Below the pieces are notes generated by a model. That model was not told the origin of the DNA, ran no database searches, and saw nothing but the letters and a program-made list of their open reading frames with translations. A program made the position numbers and the translations under genes. This document shows, one piece after another, positions 1 to 10,500 of a stretch of DNA of 64,000 bases. How positions within the stretch are numbered: the stretch's first letter is position 1; every line of letters starts with the position of its first letter. Source of the DNA: Eremomyces bilateralis CBS 781.70 (Eukaryota). The stretch lies in the NCBI GenBank assembly GCA_010015585.1, contig ML975150.1. One strand, 5' to 3'.

Positions 1-96
1 TAGATGGGCCTTATGGGATTTCCGAAAAAGTCTGCGCGGACTGCAACTTTGTATTGAATACGATAGACCTACCTTCGGGTATCCTAGATTGCATTA

Positions 97-2899
97 CTAC
101 GCCCCTTTTTCCTGAAAGAACCTCCCAATTCCCTCCGTGACTTTCCCCGTGTTCCCCGCTTCGCACAAACTCTCCCTAATCCAACTCGGCAACTTCGTCC
201 GGATCCTCTCCGCACCATACCTCTTATCAATCAACACAATCGTCGCGTAATCCCCCTTATGCCGAATCGCCCGCCCGATCGCCTGATTCACCGCGCGCAT
301 CGTCGCGTTCTCGTAGAACTCCCTCGCCACCGCCTTCCCCACGTCCTGCGCCGCTTGGCCATCCGCGCCGTCGGCGGCCTTCGAGGAGATGTAAGCCATC
401 TTCGCTTTCCATTCGGCGGAGTGGGGGTTGGGGAATGGGAGGCCGACGACGACGACGCAGCGACCGAGTTCGTCGCTGAAGTTGATGCCTTCGGACAAGT
501 TGCCGCCGATGACGGAGAGCAGAACGGCGCCTTTGTGTGGTGTTGATGGGGTTCTGATCGCTTGGGTGTATGCGGAGAGGATTGAGTCGTTGATGACCGC
601 TTTGTCTGGGTTGTTCGAGGGGACGGACTCGGATGGTTTTGTCGGGGTCTTGGATTCGAAAAACACGGCTTTCGTGGCAGAGAGACGGTTAAAGACGGTC
701 GAGCCAGGCTGTTTCCATTTTGATAGGCAGAGGTCTAGGTAAGCGTAGCTGGGGAAGAAGACAACAGTCCCATCAGGGACATTAGAAACCACCGAGATGA
801 GAGTTTCACCCAGTTGCTGGATCTGCGCGTCCGAGTTCCTTTTCGCGAATGTAAAGTCGAAGTCGACCCCACTTCCTGTTTGAACCAGCGGCCACGCCGC
901 AATGTTCGAGGCTGGGATAACGTGCCCGCAGGAGAGCGTGGATATTCTCGTCGGCTCAACGTAGGGGAATAGATGTTTGAAGTAATCCTCCATTGGAGAC
1001 ATAGTCCCGCCGGCGAGAATCACGGCCCTGGTCTCCTCCACGATCTCCTTGAAATGGAAGGTTGGATCAAGGAGGCGGTATTGCAACATTATCGACCGGC
1101 CGTCGCCTCGATGGTAGAAGAATTGGCCTTCACGGGAGGGGTTTGTCAATGCGTTGAAGAAGCTATGGATCGACATCAGTGACGGAGCTGATCGGCCTCT
1201 GCTAGGCTTCTTTGTAGTGGAATGGGTTGTCTCTTCGTGGTTGACGTGTTCGGTATATCCATCAATCTTCCGGGCTAGCTTGCTTTCGTTGAGATATACC
1301 GACAGCTTGTAAAGATTGATCTGGTCGACTGCCTTGCCTGCCATGATCTCGTTGTATAACGCGATTCCTTCCGCGTTAGGAGCCTCGAAAAGCTTGCCCC
1401 GGAGATATTCACCCAACGAGTCTAGCAAGCGGACGACTTGAGTGACATATACGCGGTTCTTGCCCTTCAGACGATTCCGGAATCTCTGAAGATAGATACC
1501 GATCTGTTTCCGTGAGCGTTCGACTTGCTCGAGAGACACCGATACAGAGTAGATGCTGTTGATGGCCTCCATGAGATTGTGCGCTTCGTCGATAATGACG
1601 ATATTGTCCTTCAGATTTATATTGAGAGCTTCGCGTGCGCTCTTTTGAAGAAGGAGTGGGTATGGCAAACTCACAACCTGCGCCCTTTAGCGATGTCTTG
1701 ATATAGGAAACAACGGACTTACCTCTGATGGTAGGATGGAATATCTTGATGCATAGTATGGGCACACGCCTAGATCGGAACCCAGGGACGCAAGTTTCTC
1801 AATGTCCCGTACATTTGCGAAGGCATAGTCCCTGAAGTCGTTCATGAGATACTCTGACTGCTTCGACGGGAGAAAGGAACATCTGCTCTGTTCTGGCGTC
1901 CCCGACTGCTGTATTTCAAGACAGCGCTCATTGATTGAAGTAGCATCCTTCAAGCGGTTGACTTTCGGGTTTACGCAGAGGTTCTTGCGAGAGCCTAAGG
2001 TGAGATATTTCAGCGAGTCTTCGATGTCCGTTTCTCCATTCTTGCGGTCCAGCGGCTCTAGCGGGACTCCAGGCGGCAACTTGACTTTCTGAATCTCCTC
2101 AGCAAACTGTGAGAGTTGCGAGTGCGTGCGAGAGCAGTAGTATATCTTCAGTTCGTCTTCTGCTTCCTCTGGCTCATCTTTTGCGACTGCGGATGTGGAG
2201 AGGCCCATCTTATCCATCAACGCTCTTGTTTCTGCCGAGAGGGAGATAGTAGGACCCGGTATTCGGGAACTGGCTTCGTCGCTGTCATAGTCTGCCAACT
2301 CGTACTGGGTATCATCTTCGGATTTGGAAGCAGCAATTCTGCTGTCAGAGAGTTTCTGTGCAGTAGTTAGAACCTTATCTTCAACCCCAAAATGAGATAT
2401 ACCGGTCGCTTGGAACGATGCTCTTCCCTCCTACTCTCCGTCTTTTGCTTACGCTCCCTCTCCCGAATGCGTCGCAACCTCTGCTCAAATTCTGCCCTGG
2501 CTCCGATTGCATCACGACGCTTTTGCTCTTTTGCATGTTCGACAATCCACTCTGGCTCGTCCTCATCCCCCGGGAGCGTCGCAATGGATTCTTCGAACCT
2601 TCTTCGTTTATTCTCGCGAAGCCACGTGAGCGCACCACATATGATGCTCAACGACTTCCCCTGTGAAAGGCAAAAAGTTAAAAGGGGAGTTCTCATCCGG
2701 ACCATTGGTGATCTTACCGTTCCTAAAGTTCCTCAGTATTTGTTCCACACGGTTAGTTTCATATTCCGGTACCTGTTGGCGACTCAAATATGCCTATTTT
2801 CTTCTCTTCAATGCAGTCATAAAGCGCGTTCATAAAGTCATTTTGAATCGGATAGGGCTGGTACGGATGATGGAAGTCCCGTCCCCGAGATGTAGCCAT
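97..2899 (-). CDS. CHL1: ATP-dependent DNA helicase Chl1/DDX11 (XPD family, Fe-S), 5 exons
   Basis: N-terminus [24 protein letters not shown] assembled across introns 2723-2772 and 2661-2717; motifs [61 protein letters not shown]. An in-frame alternative ATG lies at 2905. Confidence 0.95.
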
Positions 2900-3598
2900 T
2901 CTCATTCTGGACCAGAATAGATCTTATTCACCCTTTGGTTTCCAGTGGATCTCTTCATTGATGTACCGTATACATGGATTCGGGATGATGTGACGTGGGT
3001 TGCTTGCAGCGACGCGACGCGTCCATGAACTATGAAAAAGGAGCACGATCCTGGTGCCCAGTCCCGGTACCAGTCCCCGTTCACGGGCAGTCGTACCGGA
3101 GGGCGGATTGTTGCATGGCTGCCGCAGTTTCTGTTTCGAATTGTCACTCCAGTTTGCTATCGTCACATCCGATACCAGCCTCTACATGAAACTTATTGTC
3201 TAGTCTCCCCCCAGCCTTATTTATCAAGACTACCTTATGATCTTATCATCATTATTAGGAAGAATGATCAGGGTTATCTGCATGACTGGCGCCCAAACAG
3301 GGATGCCACTGGCGGCGGGGTTCCTATTGCGCCTTCATTCCTACTTGACCGTCCCCCGTCCCCCCACCAGCCCACCAAGTCACAGCACCACTACTGCACC
3401 AAAGCAGTTCCACCACCAATACACCACAAGGCAATTCTGGACCAACGGACCAATTTCCATCGTTCCAATCTATCCAGTGTTCCACACCCTTTCCTGTTTT
3501 CACCTCCCGCCTCCGATTGCGCCAACTTCTCCTCCCACCCAAGCCTCCGATCACCGGAGCCGAATGTCTCGATATCGCCATATAATATTATGACCTGA

Positions 3599-5922
3599 AT
3601 GGATTTGACTCAACAGACCACCCCTACCTCCCAGGCGGCATCGGCCCCTGTAAAATCCGAGTTATCCTTCAGTTCCGTGCACCAGCCCACTCCCCGCACT
3701 CTGACGCGAAAACGGAACAGTTCGACCGTGGGCCTGGAAAGTTCCCCAGACAGCGACCCGGACGATGAGGAGCACAAGAGGCGCCAGCCCGGTGTCAAGA
3801 GGGCATGCAACGAGTGTCGCCAGCAAAAGGTGCAGGAGTCGTGCAACGCAATTGATGCTCATCGCTAACGTCTGACTCCGTAGCTGCGATGCGATGTCGT
3901 TCAAGACCCCTACCAACCATGCAGCCGATGCATCAAGCATAAGCTCGATTGTCGAATCGACTCCAACTTCAAGCGAGTTGGGAAGCGAAGCCGGTTTGCG
4001 GAGTTGGAGCGGAATAAAGAGCTTTTGGAACGACAGATCCAGGAGTTGAAGCAGCAGGTTTCGACCAGCAAACCGACCCCTCCTCCACAGTCGATGAGTC
4101 CGTTCTTCCCTCCACCTAATGGCCCAAATGGACAATCGTCGGCCATGTACGCTGGTCTGTCAAACTCGCCCGACCAACAACATCTGGGCTCACATGAGGC
4201 CGTGGCCTCGCTCCTCGACCTCAAGCAGGGCCTAGATGGTTCCGCTGCTGGGTTCGGCGCAAGTCCTAACAGTCGTCTCCTGAGAAGTTTGGAAGAGGTA
4301 GTGCTTGCTCCGCATAGAGTGAATGAGCTATTCGAAGAATACTGGTCCAATTACCATGGGTTCTTGGAGCTGTTGGATCCGGAACAATCGCCTGATTCAT
4401 TTTTCGACCAGTCCAAACTACTCTTCTGGACCATTATCGTCATCGCCGCGCGACAGTTCGGACGCGATCGAGAGTTGCTATCGAGGCTTACTGCACCCTA
4501 TACTCGCCTCGTATGGGGCTCGATGTCGAAAGTGCCTCAGAACTACAACGTCGTCAAGGCGCTCTGTCTCCTTTGCGCATGGCCACTACCGACAAGCAGC
4601 ACATCTACTGACCCTACATTTATGTTCTGCGGTTTGATGATGCAAATTGCAAAACAGATCGGTCTTCACCGGCCATCCCACGCTCAAGACTTCACCCGGA
4701 CACATATCAACCTCAAAGACGAGGACGTGAAGGACCGATTAAAGACGTGGGCCTGTTGTAACATCGTTGCACAGAATATCGCTACTGGCTATGGCCAACC
4801 GCCTGACACCCTCTACGATGCCACACTTGACTTTGGAGACGCATCCTTTCATGATACCCCTTTACCAACCCAGGTTGCTCAGCGTCTTGCCCTTGAGAAA
4901 TTTTGCAATCACATCACAAAAACTCTCTATAGCAATGAGAAGCAGCCGAATGATATATTTGGAGAACGTCAAGACTCGATCCGGGTGAACATGCTTGCCC
5001 AGGCAATGCATGGCCTCGAGACGCGTCTGGATTCTTCGACCAGTAAGTTTCCGTCCAAAATGTTCAGTGCTTTTCTAACTAGGACCCAGATTGGCTTCCT
5101 CTTCACTTAAGCGCTGTCCGACTTCACCTCCGCCTACATACCTTCTTTGACCCCCCTTCATCTCCTACCTACAGCAGCGATCTTCAGGAACTCTACCAAG
5201 CGACCACCAACTTCTTAGACGTTGCCATGTCCGATGAGCTCACGGGTCTTAAATACGCCACCAGCTTCATCATGCAAATGATGCTCGCCGCGGGCTTCGC
5301 CCTCTTCAAGCTCCTCAACTCCTTCTTCGTCGTCAACGTCGACCGCGACTACGGCCGCAACCTCTTCTACCGCACCATCCGCGCCATCCGTAACATGAGC
5401 GTCATCACCAACGACCTCCCCCAGCGCCTCGCCGAGGTGCTCGTCCAACTCTGGAAAGCCAGCGGTGAGGGCTTCAAGTACGAGGAAGACTCCGATCGCC
5501 CCCCCACCCGCCGCTCCGTCGACCACAACGTCCAGCTCAAGGTCCGCTGCCGCATGAGCATGTCGCTCCTGTACGACAGCGTGTGGCGGTGGCGCGAGGA
5601 GCTGCAGGGGAAGGTCCGCGTCGAGAGCTTGGACAAGGCGGTGAAGAATCCCACGTCCCCCGAGGCGACGTCGCATCTGCATCCCGGGGAGATGAGCGCC
5701 GGAGGGGACACGTTGATGGATCCGACGGGGCCAGCATTGGGGCTGACGCATGGGATGTCGGTGGGATACGGGGGGGTGAATCCGCCGAATTTCGCGGGGC
5801 CGAACGGCGCGGGGTTGGCGGATAGTTTACAGTTCTTCGATGCGATGAGCTGGTTCTTGGATGAAGGGCCGGATCTGGGGTTTCCTCAGGGGGGATTGGG
5901 AACGGAACTGAGCTATAGGTAG
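3599..5922 (+). CDS. Zn(II)2Cys6 transcription factor, Leu3/Sef1-like, 3 exons
   Basis: Zinc cluster KRACNECRQQK|LRCDVVQDPYQPCSRCIKHKLDC split by an intron near 3830-3883; fungal TF middle homology region (AKQIGLHR); C-terminal CRMSMSLLYDSVWRWR and an acidic tail. Confidence 0.9.
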
Positions 5923-6403
5923 CATGGTATGGTTGTCTTGTCTATAATTTTTGTTTGCAGTATGAGGGTATGGGACGTACGATGGTTATGGCAATTGCTT
6001 GCAAGTTAGCAGTTTTTATTAGAACCCTGGATGAGCTGGTTCCACGAAGAGATTGAGGTGTCAATGAACGACAGCACACTTCTGGTGTCTGTAGATAAAC
6101 TACATTCTTTGTTTTATAGTCCTTCAGTTAAAATAGCGTTCCTAAACAGCGGTAGGGTCAATCACATAACGAAATTCGAATGGCAATATCATGGAAACCC
6201 TTGGAAGTTTCATGCATTCATTGATGCAATCGATTTGAACCGTTTGGCTGAACCCATTTCAAGCACGCCTTGTAGAACTATTTTCCATGCCACTCCGATA
6301 ATGTAATGCACACGAGAGCCCAATCTCATGGATCGTCGCGGGCATTGGGATTCAAACTCCTTCCGGCCTTTCACCTCCCGCATCCCTCGAACTCATTTCC
6401 CCT

Positions 6404-7035
6404 CTATCGCTTCTTCTGCCCCTGCTGAGACTCCTTGATGACCTTCTTGACGATCTTCTGTTCCTCGATCAGGAACGCGCGGACGACCCGGTCCTTGACG
6501 CAGTTGGCGCATCGCGAGCCGCCGTAGGCACGCTGGACGGTCTTCTTCGGTCTTGAGATCTGGGCGTACTCATGGGGACGGAGAGCGGGGACCTAGACAG
6601 ATGGTTGTTAGTGTCTGGCTACACTTGTGGATGCCGAGCCGTCCGAATGGCCAGAGTTCCGAGGTCAAGGCAAGTCGACTATGAAGGACAATTGATGGCT
6701 TCGGAAGATCTGCGACACGCAACCCATCGAGGAATTGAAGATGGTACATACACCCGCAAGTTTCTCGCCGCAGTCACCGCATTTCGGGGCGGTTCCACGC
6801 TTCTTGATGTGGAGGTATCGCAACTCGCCGCCGGGAGTCTTGATGATCCGGACCTTGTTGGATTTGGTGTTGTAGCTGGCTTTCGCGTCAATATCTATCG
6901 TCCTTCGTGGTCGTCCAAGCGGTTCGGTGGTTACTTACGAATGCCTCCGGCGCTGTCACGAGTGATGTTAGCAACTTTAGCAATTCATTCGCATGTATAG
7001 GTCCAACTCACGTAGGTTAATCGGTTGGACGGCAT
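6404..7035 (-). CDS. RPL34: 60S ribosomal protein eL34, 4 exons (7035-7012, 6952-6939, 6875-6752, 6592-6404)
   Basis: Spliced translation [67 protein letters not shown]; canonical splice sites; missed by the ORF track. Confidence 0.96.
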
Positions 7036-7202
7036 ATTGACGGTGGCTCGCGATTACGGGGTTGTGGTAATGTCAAGCGGTTGCAGTTCGAGATGTGAGA
7101 AATTGTGGTGAGGATGCTTCTGTGTGCGGAGAAAGGACTTTCTGATTTTCCGGAGGCTCAACCAAAAATGAGAGACCAGAAATGACAGGGGTCTCACTGG
7201 TA

Positions 7203-7249
7203 GGTCACGTGTGGCTTGGCGTTTCCGGAGGAATCACACCGGTCACGTG
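7203..7249. promoter_or_regulatory. Two GGTCACGTG E-box (Cbf1/CDEI-type bHLH) sites in the RPL34/PRP8 bidirectional promoter
   Basis: Exact GGTCACGTG at 7203-7211 and 7241-7249. The bound factor is inferred from the known Cbf1 motif. Confidence 0.55.
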
Positions 7250-7507
7250 CCCACGTCTCGTTGATGTCGCGCATCATGGAATCTTTTCTCTCGCCTCTGT
7301 ACGAAGACGACAACTCAAACGTCACAGACACGGGTTATTCCTTTCATTTGTGAAGAAGTCATCGGTGTGAACCTTTGCATTGATGGTTTCTGAGCTTGCT
7401 CGCTAGTCTAGTCTATCTAGAACCGCGATAACTTCGCGCGTTCAGACAAGAGGCTTCACCCTTTTTTCCATCTCACCTCCATCGCGACAAATCCTCACCC
7501 CGACGCG

Positions 7508-10500
7508 ATGGCATCGATCCCACCTCCACCACCCGGCTGGGCGCCCCCTCCGCCTCCCGGTGCGCCTCCTGGAGCTCCTCCGGGGATGAACATCGCGCCT
7601 CCACCCCCCGGATACCGCCCGCAGGATCCGAACATCGCGAAGTTCGCGCAGAAAAAGAAAGAATGGCTGCGACTCCAGAAACAGCGGTTCGGAGAGAAAC
7701 GGAAAGGCGGGTTCGTCGAGACGCAGAAGGTGGACATGCCGCCGGAGCATTTGCGGAAGATTGTAAAGGATATTGGCGACGTGTCGCAGAAGAAGTTCAG
7801 CAGTGATAAGCGCAGCTATTTGAACGCGTTGAAGTTCATGCCTCACGCGGTTCTGAAGCTGCTGGAGAATATGCCGATGCCGTGGGAGGCTGCGCGAGAG
7901 GTCAAGGTTCTTTATCACGTCAACGGATGTCTGACGCTGGTCAACGAAGTTCCTCGAGTCATCGAGCCAGTCTTCCATGCGCAGTGGGCAACAATGTGGT
8001 TGGCGATGAGGCGGGAGAAGAGCGATAGAAGACACTTCAAGAGGATGCGATTTCCGCCTTTCGACGATGAAGAACCGCCCCTATCGTGGTCGGAGAACAT
8101 CGAGGGTGTCGAGCCCCTCGAGCCCATCCAGTTGGAGCTTGACGAGGTCGAGGATTCGGCTGTATACGATTGGTTCTACGAGCATCAACCTCTCAGTGAC
8201 ACGCCACACGTCAATGGACCGAGTTACAAGACATGGAATATGTCGCTTCCGCAGATGGCGACGCTGTACCGACTCAGTCATCAACTACTAAGCGACAAGG
8301 TCGATAAGAATTACTTCCACATGTTCGACCTGGAGAGCCTTTTCACTGCGAAAGCGCTCAATGTTGCCATCCCAGGTGGCCCACGATTCGAGCCATTGTA
8401 CAAAGACATCGATCCCAACGATGAAGATTTCGGCGAGTTCAATGCGATCGATCGAATCATCTTCCGCCGTCCGATTCGCACCGAGTATCGAGTCTCGTTC
8501 CCGTTCCTTTACAACTCTTTGCCACGCAGTGTTAAGGTCGCCTGGTACTCGCACCCGCAGGCCGTGTACGCGCCAACCACAAGTCCAGCGCTTCCAGCAT
8601 TCTACTTCGACCCGATCATCAACCCGATCTCTTCACGATCGGTCGCCCCGAAGAACCTCACGGTTAGCCTCGAAGATGAGGTATTCGGATATGGAAACGA
8701 TGAGGATGAGTTTGAATTGCCAAAGGGTATGGAACCATTCATGGCGGACCAGGAGCTGTATACGGACGAGACTGCATCCGCCATCTCCCTTTGGTGGGCA
8801 CCTTTCCCATTCGACCGACGATCCGGCCATATGGTGCGCGCACAAGACGTACCCTTGGTCAAACAATGGTATCTCGAGCATGGACTCGGTGGCGAATCCG
8901 TCAAGACTCGAGTGTCTTACCAGAAGATGCTTAAGACCTACGTGCTCAACGAGTTACACAAGAGACCTCCTAAGGCGCAAAATGCACAAAATTTGCTTCG
9001 CTCATTGAAAGGAACCAAGTTCTTCCAGCAGACCACTATTGACTGGGTCGAGGCGGGTTTACAAGTCTGTCGACAGGGCTTTAACATGCTCAATCTCCTC
9101 ATTCACCGCAAGAACCTCACCTACCTTCATCTGGACTACAACTTCAACCTCAAACCGGTCAAGACCCTCACCACCAAAGAGCGAAAGAAGTCTCGGTTCG
9201 GCAATGCTTTCCACTTGATGCGTGAAATTCTCCGCTTGACGAAACTGATTGTTGACGCTCAAGTCCAATATCGCCTGGGGAATATCGATGCTTTCCAACT
9301 GGCGGACGGCATTCTCTACGCCTTCAATCATGTTGGCCAGTTGACCGGTATGTACCGGTACAAATACAAGCTGATGCATCAAATCCGAACCTGCAAGGAT
9401 CTGAAACATCTTATCTACTACCGGTTCAACATGGGCCCTGTTGGAAAGGGTCCAGGATGCGGTTTCTGGGCTCCCGCCTGGAGAGTCTGGCTATTCTTCA
9501 TGCGCGGAATTATCCCCTTGCTGGAGCGCTGGCTGGGTAATCTGCTTTCCAGACAGTTCGAAGGTCGCCACAGCAAGGGCGTCGCCAAGACCGTCACAAA
9601 GCAGCGAGTCGAGTCACATTTCGATCTTGAATTGAGAGCCTCGGTGATGGCAGACTTGATGGATATGATGCCGGAAGGAGTGCGGCAAAACAAGGTGAAC
9701 AGTGTGCTGCAACATTTGTCCGAGGCATGGCGCTGCTGGAAGAGTAACATCCCCTGGAAAGTACCCGGTCTTCCTGCACCAGTTGAGAACATCATCCTGC
9801 GGTATGTGAAGAGCAAGGCGGATTGGTGGGTTTCTGTTGCCCATTACAACCGTGAGCGCATTCGACGAGGCGCTACAGTTGATAAGACCGTTGCGAAGAA
9901 AAATCTTGGTCGTTTGACGCGGTTGTGGCTCAAGTCCGAACAGGAGCGCCAACACAACTATCTCAAAGACGGACCGTATGTTTCGACTGAGGAGGGTGTT
10001 GCCATATATACCACCACTGTCCATTGGCTGGAGTCGCGCAAGTTCCAGCCAATTCCCTTCCCCAGCGTCTCTTACAAGCACGACACGAAAATTCTCATTC
10101 TTGCCCTCGAGAGGCTTCGCGAGGCTTACTCCGTCAAAGGACGTTTGAATCAGAGCCAGAGAGAAGAATTGGCCCTCATTGAGCAGGCGTACGACTCCCC
10201 AGGAACTACACTGGCTCGCATCAAGCGATTCCTCCTTACGCAGCGTGCGTTCAAAGAAGTGGGTATCGACATGAACGACAACTATAGTTCGATCAACCCC
10301 GTCTACGACATCGAGCCGATCGAGAAGATCACGGATGCTTATCTGGACCAGTATCTGTGGTATCAAGCCGATCAGCGACACCTGTTCCCTGCCTGGATCA
10401 AGCCCTCAGACTCCGAAGTGCCACCTCTCCTGACGTACAAGTGGGCCCAAGGGATCAACAATCTTGACAAAGTCTGGGAGCACGAGAATGGCGAGTGCAG

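Noticed and set aside
3032..3598. 188-aa ORF in frame with the Zn2Cys6 gene, possible read-through extension
   Set aside because: No recognisable motifs; it spans the CHL1/TF promoter and looks like chance open frame in pyrimidine-rich leader DNA.
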